This document shows, one piece after another, positions 23,601 to 35,600 of a DNA stretch of 64,000 nucleotides. The DNA is from Cyanophora paradoxa CCMP329 (Eukaryota > Plantae > Glaucophyta). Location of the stretch: positions 1 to 64,000 of the forward strand of contig QPMI01000255.1 in NCBI GenBank assembly GCA_004431415.1, given 5' to 3'. Each line of letters begins with the position of its first letter. Positions within the stretch are counted from its first letter, which is position 1. The translations under genes were made by a program, and so were the position numbers. The notes below the pieces were generated by a model. That model had not been told where the DNA came from and made no database searches. It saw only the letters and a program-made list of their open reading frames with translations.

Positions 23601-26600
23601 CCGACTACGCATCAGACACTCACATCTCCTGGTGCGTGGCGAGCTTGCGTGGCGCTTGCATCTCTAGCCTTAAGACCGCTGGGCCAATCAATGATGTGTA
23701 GCTGTCCGTCTATAAGACTGATTGGAGTGCTTGTACACCCCGAAGTATAAATCGCAGCTCGAGCTCACGCCGCCGCCTCCTCTGCGCGGCAGGCTCATCG
23801 TCGCCCCCGAGGGCCAGGTGGTCGTTCTCGAGTTCACCGGCTTCAAAACAGAGTCTGATCTTGATTACGTGCGGGTGCGTCGGGAACTTACAAACCCAGG
23901 GTGCGATGTCCACGCATGTAGCTTGTGATTAAATCAAGTGCAGGGCTACGACGGCAACAGCTCCGTCGCGCAGCAGCTCTTCGACTTGAGCGGGGAACCT
24001 TCCATGCCCGTTTCTTACACCTCGACAGGCAACACAATGCTCGTCACGTTCGACTCCGACAGCAGCATTCAGCTTCAGGGGTTCAACGCCACGTACACAG
24101 CGGGTACGGCGTTTCAAACTCAGTGAAGCGATTATAATTAGATCAACATTTTGTCATTGACGTTGTCGTGGCAGTCGTGCCGGTCGTGCAGTTTGAATTC
24201 AACGCGACGAGCACGCCTCAATACTTCGACGACGGAAGTGGCCCCGCCGACTACGCCCCACACATGGACATCTCCTGGTGCAAAGCGGGATATTGGCCTA
24301 GCTAGGCGATATCATTGCGATATCATAGGACTAGCTGACGTTCGAGATAACCGGCGCCTGCATCACCAATTCTTTTTGCGGCAGGCTTATAACCGCGCCG
24401 GAAGGCCAGGTCGTTCTACTTCAGTTCACTAGTTTTGATACAGAATTTCCGTCCGATGAAGTCCGGGTGCGAAGCTTGCCAGCCCCGCGCAGCCCGTTTG
24501 GAATCTTCTCCGCCCTTCACTTAACTCGTTTCCATGAATTTAAAGCTGCTTCTAAAATGGAACCATGCAGGGCTACGACGGCAACAGCACTGCTGCAACA
24601 CCACTTTTCGGGCTGCGCGGGCAGCTGACTGGACCCTTCGCTTTCTTTTCAACGGGAAGCGCAATGCTCGTCAAATTTGCATCCAACTCGGCTGTACAGA
24701 AGCCAGGTTTTAACGCTTCATACACTGCTGGTAGGCGGCACTCACCGCCGCTGCCCCCGCGTTAATCTGTCTGCGCTCTCTCTCACGCCCTCCGTCTCTC
24801 AGCGCTCTACACTGACGTTGCGCGCACTCTAAATGCAACTAGCATGCCTCAGCAATTTGACGACGGCAGCGACGTTGGGGCATACGCGCCAAACAGACAC
24901 ATCTCCTGGTGCGACGTGCACGCGTCGCGTTAGATGGCGCGTCACAGCGGCTCGCCACTGCTGCCAAGCTTTCTATAAGCTTGCTGCGCATATGCATATG
25001 CATGCTGCTGAGCGTGTCTCACCTTCCTCGGGTTTATCATAGGTTCATCTCGGCCCCGGCCAACCACTGGGTTCTCCTCCAGTTCACCAGCTTCGACACG
25101 GAGTCGGGGCAGGACTACGTCCGGGTGCGCCCGTCATTCCGATCCTGGAGCCCCTTGCCCTCCGTCCCGCCATGAATCGCATCGACTGAGAGTCATTCCG
25201 GGCCTCATTACGGGTGCGCCCGGAGCGACCTTGACCGAACGTCGATGCAGGGCTATGATGGAATGCGGAGCTACGACGGGAGCAGCAATGCTGCGCGGCA
25301 GCTTTTTGCCTTGAGCGGGCAGCCGAGCGCGCCCTTGGCCTTCGCCTCGTCGGGCGGCTCGATGCTCGTCACGTTCGACTCCGGACCCTCGGTTCAGATG
25401 CAGGGCTTCAACGTCTCGTACACCGCCGGTAGGCTGTTTCCTGATCGATGCATGACTTCCTTTGCAACTGCGGCGCGCTCGCACCGCACTAGTACTCACC
25501 AGCGCATTCAGTTATGTACGGCGTCCAGGGGTCTTCCAACTTCCTCACCGCAACGAGCACGCCGCAGTACTTCGATGACGGGAGCGGACCGTCCAGTTAC
25601 ACAAGCTCGGGATATATGTCCACGACCACCTCATGGTGCGCATGCGTGATAGCTCGCACGCGCGAGGGCTGACGCCGCACTTTGCCCCGTGCGGGATCCC
25701 TCCGAACGAATACTGGCGAGGCCTGCGACCATATGTATTGATGCAATAGACTGACGTTGCCCTTTCCCCCGCTCCGTTGCAGGCTCATCACCGCCCCCGA
25801 GGGTCATGTCGTCAGCATCCAGTTCTTGCATTTTGACACGGAGTCGGGTTACTACAGCGACTATGTCACAGTGCGTTCTGCTCGAACGCATCGTGATCGG
25901 GGAACACGGATAGCCCCGTGTTGCGCTCTTCAGCGCTGAACTATCCACACAGGGTTACGACGGGGACAGCACATCGGCAGCGCAACTGTTCCAGCTGAGC
26001 GGAAAGCCGGACTTGGTCTCTCTTCACATCAACGCATCGACAAGCAACAAGATGTTTGTCACGTTCGATCCTGGGTACCTCACTTATGGTCAATTCCAAG
26101 GCTTTCTGGCCGCGTATTCTGCCGGTACTTTCCTTCCCTCTGCCCGCTCTAGATCTTATATAATTACCTCATCGATAACCCCTCCCCCATTATTTTTCGC
26201 GCCGTGCGACCGACACTTACGTCACAGTCTCGATAAATCCGAGCCCATCGCCAGAACCAAGCCCGTTGCTCAGCCCGAGCCCGTCTCCAAGCCCGAGCCC
26301 TTCACCCAGCCCGAGCCCGTCGCCCACCCCAAGCCCGTCGCCTCGCCCGTCCCTCGGCGCGACGAGCACGCCGCAATACTTCGACGATGGGAGCGGGGCT
26401 GCCGACTACGCCCCAGGACTTCAAATCTCCTGGTGCGAGGCAGGCTTGCACGGCGCTGATATCGATTTGTAACTGTCATTCTCGCCTGCTACAGGCTCAT
26501 TACGGCCCCGGAGGGCCAGGTTGTTCGCATCAAATTTGTCGACTTTTCCACCGACTCCTACGACTATGTTCGAGTGCGCCTTGCGGCTCGGGGTTCCTGC

Positions 26601-29600
26601 GCACGATGCCCCTTCAATCCGTCACCGACAGTTGCCTGCGCATACGCATGCGCTTCGACTGATCGCGGGGTCCGCTGCAGGGCTATGATGGTACAACCAC
26701 TGCTGCGGCCGAGCTCTTTGGGATATATGGGCAGGCGTATGGCATGCCCGTAGGCTACCGGTCCACAGGAAGCGCGATGCTCGTCACGTTCGAAACCGGA
26801 TACCCATATTATTCGTATCCAAGGAGAGGCTTCAACGCCTCGTACTCTGCCGGTAGGCTCTTATCGCTGCTTTCAGTCCTTTCGAATTCGCATCTCACCA
26901 TGATTTCTCGGCAGTCATGCCGGTCGTGCAATCCTTACTCAGTGCAACGAGCACGCCGCAGTACTTCGATGATGGCAGCGGTGCAGACAACTATGAACCA
27001 GTCACCCGCGCCTCCTGGTGTGTTATCGTTCGATAGTCTCGGCCATGCTATAGCTGTTTCAGGCCATGGCGCCTAATTATAAATGTGCCTTTATTACGCA
27101 GGCTCATAACCGCACCGGAAGGCCAAATCGTTGTCCTCCAGTTCGTCAGCTTCGACACAGATTGGGACGATCATGTCCGGGTGCGGAGCTTGCATCTGCC
27201 TGCCCGCACTCCCCCTAGGCCTCGAGAATCGTTGGCGGCCTTCCGACTGCAAAATTTCAAAACATTCTGGCGGCCTAAAGCCAAGTTTCGATTATATCCA
27301 CGTCGACGGCGTCGAGGGCCTGAGGTTCCATATGCTTGCAGGGGTACGACGGCAACAGCACTGCTGCAACACAAATCTTTGTGGCAAGCCGGAAGCGAAC
27401 TGCGCCCTTTGCTTTCTTTTCGACGGGGAACACAATGCTCGTTACATTCGAATCAAGTACCTTCGACCAACGACCGGGGTTCAACGCCTCTTACAGTTCC
27501 GGTATGCATATCATTTTACTCCTGCCGCTGTGCGACTGCTTCCTTTGACTGACTGTGTAATCGAATCCATTCTCAGCACTCTACAGCGCGGTGGCGCGTA
27601 CCCTAAACGCGACGGGCGCGCTCCAGTACTTCGACGACGGGAGTGGCGCGGCCAACTACGCTCCTCACACTCACATCTCCTGGTGCGGTGCAAAACCGAC
27701 CCTGAGTTTGCGATCGCGTCGGATACAGCTAGCTAGCCTGCTAACGCCGTCCTACCTGCGCCCGTTTGCAGGCTCATCACCGCCCCCGAGGGCCAGGTCG
27801 TCCGGCTGCAGTTCGCCAGCTTCGACACGGAGCTGGCGTCCGACTATGTCCGAGTGCGTTTCTTGCGATTCCGCTGCACGCCGGGGGCTGGTCGATGACG
27901 TTCGTGCATTTGCAGGGCTACGACGGGAGCAGCGCCAATGACGTGCAGAGGATCTTCGCCTTGAGCGGGCAGCCGGTCGTGCCTTTCACCTACGTCTCGC
28001 TGGGTAGCTCGATGCTCGTTACATTCGACTCCGGACCCTCGGTTCAGATGCAGGGCTTCAATGTCTCGTACACCGCCGGTAGGCCATGAATTCGTGATCC
28101 CTACATCGTTTAGCCAGCTGCTCTACGATTTTTCATTGTCTCACGGCCGCGGATTTTGCATCTCAGTTGTCTACAGCGGGCCAGTGCCGACGTATACTTT
28201 CGATGCGACGGGCACAGCGCAGTTTTTCGAAGATGGCAGCGGCCCGGCCAATTACGAACTGCGCGCTAGCACATCCTGGTGCCATAGGGTTATATGCATG
28301 CCATTGCAGGCTATGCGCAAGAATGTTTAAGTTTTCCGCAGGCTCATAACCGCGCCAGAAGGTCAAATCGTCGTCCTCCAGTTTGTCAGCTTCGACACAG
28401 AGCAATCAAACGATTACATCCGGGTAAGGAGCTTGGAAATCTTTGCCGCCCTCAAACAGCCTCTATAAAGCTGCTTCTAAAATGGAACAATGCAGGGCTA
28501 CGATGGCAACAGCACTGCTGCAACTCAGCTCTTCGCCCTAAGCGGACAGCCGACTGTGCCCTTCTCTTCGATTACGACGGGGCGCACAATGCTCGTCACG
28601 TTCTCGGCCAGCGCGCCCTTCCAGAGGCAAGGCTTCAACGCCTCCTATACTGCTGGTAGGCATTTTTGCTGCGACTGTTTCCTTTCTTTAGTTGACCTGG
28701 TGCTCTGTCTCACGCCCTCCGTCTCTCAGCGCTCTACACTGACGTTGCGCGCACCCTTGCTGCAACGAGCACGCCTCAGCAGTTTGATGACGGCAGCGGT
28801 GTGGGAATATACGCCCCGAACACGCACAAGTCCTGGTGGGTGTCGTATCCAATTATGGAACATGTAAAGGTACACTATTTCTAACATTCTCCGTGTTAAC
28901 GTTCTTGCATGCGCAGGCACATTACAGCCCCGGCGGGTCACTGGATTCTCCTCCAGTTCACCAGCTTCGACACGGAGTCGGGCCAAGACTACGTCCGGGT
29001 GCGCGCCAGTGTCGTGGGGCCTTCGCATTGCTCCGACTGAATCGATGTCGATGCAGGGCTACGACGGGAGCAGCACCGCTGCGCCACAGCTTTTCACCTT
29101 AAGCGGGCAGCCGGTCCTGCCTTCCTATGCCTCGACGGACAACTCGACGCGCGTCACGTTCGACTCCGGACCCTCGGTCCAGATGCAGGGCTTCAGCGCG
29201 TCGTACACCGCCGGTAGGCTCTTCCCAGACTTCCCTTGCAAGTGCTGCGCGCTTGCATCGCACTCACCGGCTCCTTCAGTTCTGTACGGCACCCAGTCGT
29301 CTTACAATTTGCTCAATGCGACGAGCACGCTGCAGTTTTTCGATGACGGGAGCGGTCCGGCCAGTTATGGCCCAGCGTACACCTCTACCTCGTGGTGCGC
29401 GTGCGGGATCGCCCCGCACTGGCGACGCCTGCAACCTGCCCGATTACTGAAGCCGCCCTTCCCCCACTTTGTTACAGGCTCATCACCGCCCCCGAGGGGC
29501 ATGTTGTCCGCATACAGTTCCTAAAATTCGACACAGAATCGGGATCCTATTCTGAAGACTACGTCACAGTGCGTTCTGCTCGAACGCATCGTGATCTGGG

Positions 29601-32600
29601 AACACGGATAGCCCCGTGTTGCGCTCTTGAACGCTGAACTATCCACACAGGGTTACGACGGGGACAGCACATCGGCAGCGCAACTGTTCCAGCTGAGCGG
29701 AAAGCCGGACTTGGTCTCTCTTCACAACGCATCGACAAGCAACAAGATGCTTGTCACGTTCGATCCTGGGTACTTCACTTATGGTCAATTCCAAGGCTTC
29801 CTGGCTGCATATTCTGCCGGTAGTTTCCTTCCTCCGCGCCCTCCACGCGCTCTTACCGCTCTTACCCTCATCCCCTTCCCCATTCGTTTTTGCGACTGCG
29901 ACCGACATTTTCGTCACAGTATCGATAAATCCGAGCCCATCCATATCGCCAAGCCCGAGCCCGTCGCACAGCCCAAGCCCGTCACCCACCCCGAGCCCGT
30001 CGCCCATCTCGGCCCTCAGCGCGACGAGCACGCCTCAGTACTTCGACGACGGAAGCGGCCCCGCAGACTACGCCCTAGGCACCCACGTCTCCTGGTGCGA
30101 GTCGGCTTGCGCGACGCCCGTGTCTCCGATCCAGTTCTGGATCCAGCTGATGATATTGATGTGTTAATATTGTCCGCTACAGGCTCATCACAGCCCCGGA
30201 GGGCCAGGTTGTGCGCATCATATTCACCGAGTTCGTCACTGACTCGAGCGACTACGTTCGAGTGCGCGCATGCGTCCTCCGGAAACCACCCCGGGAGGGT
30301 GGGGGTGGGGGGGGTGGGGGGTGGGGGGGGATGAGGGGCGGGGAGCGGGGGCCCGGCGGGGAGCCAGAGGGTACGCGGCACCGTGATGTTGAAGGGGTAG
30401 TCGACGAGGGTAGGGGGGGGGGGGGGGGAGGGGGGGGCCCGATTTGATTCCGGGGCGCCACCGGGCCTGCACTGCGACAAGAACTGATCGCGGGGCCCAC
30501 TGCAGGGCTACGACGGCACCACCACCGCTGTGACTCAGCTCTTCCAGGTATCTGGGCAGCCGGAGAACTTGCCCTACGGCTACCGCTCAACGGGAAGCGC
30601 GCTGCTCATCACGTTCGACTCCTCCGCATCCCCGTATGGGATGTACCCGAGGCAGGGCTTCAACGCCTCGTACACTTCCCGTAGGCTCCTACTACAGTCT
30701 TCTCTTTTGATTACCGTCACCAACTAGTACTCAACTTGCAGTTTTCTTGAGTCCTCCGGCAATCGCCCTTTCTGCAACGAGCACGCTGCAGTACTTCGAC
30801 GATGGCAGCGGCGCGGCCGACTACGATCCACTCACATTCATTTCGTGGTTCGTGACGTGTGCAGGCGCTCGCTATGGGGATGGATTGCAGCTCACGCCAC
30901 CCTCCTTCCCCGTGCGGCAGGCTCATCACCGCCCCCGAGGGCCAGGTCGTTGTCTTCCAGTTCTCTAGCTTCAATACGAGTGGAAACGACTATGTGCAAG
31001 TGCGTTGTGGGACTCGAGCTCCCATCTTGTGATATACACCTCGGTGACTCAATCTCAAATACAGGGCTACGACGGCAATACCACCGACGCACGTCTGATT
31101 TTCCAGTGGAGCGCGACGCCAACCATACCCTACACTTATTCCTCGACGGGAAACACAATGCTCGTTACGTTCACCACCGACAGCAGCGATCAACGCCCGG
31201 GGTTCAACGCCACGTACACAGCGGGTACGATCGCATCGAATTTCAAAATTCGATCATTGACGTCGACGTTCTGCAGTCTTGCGAGTTGCCCTAAGTGCAA
31301 CCTACACGCCTCAGTACTTTGACGACGGCAGCGTCGCAAGCGAAGATGCCCAGAATACACATGTTTTCTGGTGCGCAGCTCACGTGTTGCGATCGGTTTA
31401 GGCGTCGGTTTGGAGCAGCTCACCACAGCCTGCCTAGCCTAGTTGCTCCACAGCGGCTCGCTGCTGCTGTGCATATGCATATGCATGCTGCTGAGCGTGT
31501 CTCACCTTCCTCGGGTTTCTCGCAGGGCCATCTCAGCCCCGGCCAACCACTGGGTTCTCCTCCAGTTCACCAGCTTCGACACAGAGTCAGGGCAAGACTA
31601 CGTGCGGGTGCGCCCCTTATTCCGAGCATGAACCCTCTTGTCCGCGCCGGCGCCGTAAGGCCTTCGCATCGCTTCGACTGAGATCTAGAGTCGACGTCGA
31701 TGCAGGGCTACGATGGGAGCTTCCTGCCTGCGCAGCAGCTCTTCGCCTTAAGCGGGAAGCCGAGCATGCCCCTGGCCTTCGCCTCGTCAGGCAACAATGG
31801 CAACGCATTGCTCGTCACGTTCGACTCCGGACCCTCGGTTCAAATGCAGGGCTTTAACGCGTCGTACACCGCCGGTAGGTTGTCTCCTAATTATAACTTC
31901 CTTTACGGCTGCTGCATGCTTGCATCGCGCTCACCGGCTCTTTCAGTTATGTACGGCACCCAGGCGTCTTACAATTCGCTCATTGCAACGAGCACGCTGC
32001 AGTTCTTCGATGACGGGAGCGGAACTTCCTTTTACAACCCATTTGCCTCCCGCTCGTGGTGCGCGTGAGGGATCGTTCTGCACTGGCGAGGCCTTCCGCA
32101 GTACCCCTGCAGCTGCCCGATGGCCTTCCGCGTGCGGGATCCGTCCGAAGGCTGATGCCGCGGTCCCCGTGCCCCATCGCAGGCTCATCACGGCTCCCGA
32201 GGGCCATGTCGTCCGCCTTCAGTTCTTGAATTTCGACACAGGATCGGGATACTTCAACGATTACGTCAGAGTGCGTTTTCGACGTTGTGATGAAAGGTCG
32301 GCCTCTCGGCGCTTCAGGCTGAAAAATCCATGCTGCAGGGCTATGACGGGAACAGCACTGCTGCAGCGCAACTGTTCCAGTTGGCCGGAAAGCCAGAATT
32401 ACTTTCTCTCAACATCAACGCATCGACGGGCAACACGATGCTTGTCATGTTCGAACCCTTCTCGTCCGGGTTTTCCGGTTTCCAGGGCTTCCTGGCTGCG
32501 TATTCTGCAGGTAGTGTCCTCTCCCCAGCTATATCTAGCGCTCATTAATATTTTGGGATTGCGGTCGATTTAAACTCGCAGTGTCGACATCCCCTGGCGT

Positions 32601-35600
32601 GGCTTCAAGCCCGACCCCGTCGCCCAGTCCGAGCCCGTCTCCAAGCTCGAGACCGTCGCCCACCCCAAGCCCGTCGCCCAGCACCACGCCCTCCCTCCTT
32701 CCAAATCCGACCCCCAGCCCCAGCCCATCGCCATCGCCCAGCCCGAGCCCGTCCCCCCTGCCGTTGGCGGCGAGCGTGACGCCCTCTGCCTCGCCGAGCC
32801 CGACGCGGACGCCGACGCCGAGCCCCTCGCGGACGCCGAGCCCGAGCCCGACGCGAACGCCGAGCCCGAGTCCCTCGGCGACGCCCTCCGCGTCCCCGAC
32901 GCCCTCCCCGACGCCCTCCCCCACGCCCTTCCTCGAGCCCTGCGCCGTCGCCCAGGAGCTCGAGGCCGGCGTCGGCGTCGGGCCTGCCCTGCAGCTCAAC
33001 GGCACGACGCGCGGCAGGAAGGACTTCCTGCCGGCCACCTTCTCCAACAACCCCAGCGGCGAGGCCTGGTTCAGCTTCACGCCGAAAAGCGCAGGGTTCG
33101 CACAGACATTTGCCATAAATTTATTGCGTGCACGTGGAAGCCGCGTGCATGTGGATATATGAGCGCCTTTCGCGCAGGGAGGTGGACGTGATCATCTCTA
33201 CGTGCTCCCCTCTAACGGAGTTCGACACGATTCTCTGGATTCTCCCCGCGTCAATATGCCCTGTCGGGCGAGCTACGAGCAAAAATGTGCCTACAGTCGG
33301 CTTCAATGGTACAAATTCGTGCTTTTGTGGCGGTCGATCGCGATGTGCTCATTGATGGTTTTCTGCAGACGATGCTACCGTCGCCGAATGCCCACTGAAC
33401 GGGGGCGGGGGCCGAATGTCGGCACTCAAGACGCGTGTGTCAGGGAACGGAACCCGATACTTCATTGTCGTGGAAGGCGCGTCGCTGCCTTACGATTGCT
33501 TGGCGTTCTCTTCTCAGAATAAGCGCAGGGTTTTACAAGGAGGAGGGAACGTTCGGGCTGACGCTGCAACTCAGCGAGCCACCCGCGCCCGCGACCCCCT
33601 CCCCGACCCCCACGCCGCTGCCGGCCCCGAACAGCACTTTCGTTCCGTGTTCCACGTCGACCTCGGTGGGGGCACAGGCTTCGATTCTCGGGTCCACATC
33701 GACGGCGTACATAGGGAGCAACAGCAGTGCAGAGGCCTGGTTCAACTTTTTCGCGCCGTCCAGCGGGTGCGGCACTCTTGCAATTGCTCAAATATTTCGC
33801 CCGGTGCCTTTCGGCTTTGACATTAATATTTCGAATCATCTATGTGAGCAGTGTCTTCTTCCTGTCGACCTGCTCGCCGGAAACGAACTTCAACACTTCC
33901 ATCTGGCTGCTGGACGCGAGGACATGCCCGATCGCTGACTTCTCGGCCGGCTCGATCGTCCGAAAGAGCGGTGCAATGTGCAAACGTGCGGCTCGCCCCC
34001 GTATGCTCAGCGGCCTTGCAGAGGGTGTCGACCAAGAGGCTCCGGAGTGCAACGCCGCAACCTCGCCGCTCGCCGCAACGCTGGTCGTAGAAGTGGCCGC
34101 TCAGACGCAGTACTACATCATGGTCAAATGTGCGCCGATCGCATTTGCAATTGCAACATTCCGCCTTTCCCCCGGCCCGGCGCGTAGCGGGTGCTGACGG
34201 AGAGGGCAGCGCGCGGGGATGGAGGTGGCGCTTTCAGGTTGACAGTGTCCCTCACCAGCGCCACGTTTTCGCCGCTCCTTCTGCCTACGAGCACACTCAC
34301 CTCGAGCGAGGGCGCGGTGACGGCGCTGGCCTGGAGCACGAGCGCGCGGCTCTTCGCGACGGGCCACAGCAACGGGGTGGTCGTCATCTGGAGCGCCACC
34401 AGCGGCGTCGCCCGGAACCGGATCGCGGCCCACTCTAGGGCGATCGCCAGCCTCGCCTTCTCCCCAGACGACGCGCTGTTCGCCTCGGCGAGCGCGGACG
34501 GGCGCATCCGAGTCTGGTTTGTCTCCTCGCTGACGCGGGTGGACGAGTACGGCGAGCATGCCGGCGGGGTCACGGCCCTCGTCCTCACCAAGCGCTTCAT
34601 TGCCTCGAGCAGCGAGGACGGCCGCCTCGTGATCCGCACCGTCGCCAACAAGAAGGTCACCTGGGACCGCAAGAAGGCCCACGGGGGCGCCCCCGTGCGG
34701 GACATCTCCGTCTCGCTGGACGGCGCCCTGCTCGCGTCGGGCGGCGAGGACGGCCTCGTGTGGCTCTTCTACCTGCGCTCCGCCCGCTCCCTCGCCCTCT
34801 CAGCCTTCTCCCGGCCCGTCTCCAAAGTCGAGCTCTCTGCAGACGGCCGCCTGCTTGCGGCGGCGGCCGCTAGCTCCAGCGGGTCGGATTACGCGGCCGC
34901 CTGCTTTGACGAGGTGGTCAAAGTATGGAGGGTCGAGAGCCTTGCGCTCGCCTACTCCCTCTCGGGGCACTGCGGGCGGCTTGCCGCAATAGCTTTCAGC
35001 CCCGACAGTCACTACCTGCTGACGTCGTCCCGCGACGGACTGCTGCGAACCTTCGACGCCGAGACAGGCGCCCTGCTGCGGGTTCGGGCGGAGTCGTCCT
35101 CCTTCCCTCCGCTGGGCGCCACGACAGTCTCTCCGGACGGCCTGCAGGCATTGGCAGTCTCGGGATTGGACAGGCACCGACTGCAGCTTTTCGATCTGAC
35201 CAACACCGTTGAGGTCAATGTCACCCAAGGCCAAATCCTGCCTTTCTCTAGTTTCGGTGCGTCTCGAACATTAATCCTCTGCGCTCCGTGGTCACACGTC
35301 TGCGGTCCCCCAGAGATGTTCGACACGTCCTCGCTCATGGCTAGTCTGACAAGCGCGCCGACGATCCTGGACGTGTCCGCCACCAACCCGCGCATCTCGT
35401 TCCCGAGCCAGCAGGGCGGCTTCGCAACGTCATGGGTGCTCCGCGCGCCCAAGGGGTCGGCGGTCGCAGTCAACTTCACCACCTTCTCGACGGCTTCTAC
35501 CGCAAGCGTTTCCGTGCGTCCATTAGGCAACTCTCGTGCCCTTTAGAATATCTCACTCCACGAACGTGCAGGTGTTTGAAGGGACGGACCGGTCGGGGGT

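Noticed and set aside
14640-32510. Cluster of separate small genes or pseudogenes; diversity-generating retroelement
   Set aside because: Stops fall inside phase-consistent introns and only one leader is visible; no RT or template/variable repeat pair, and variation includes indels rather than adenine-only changes.
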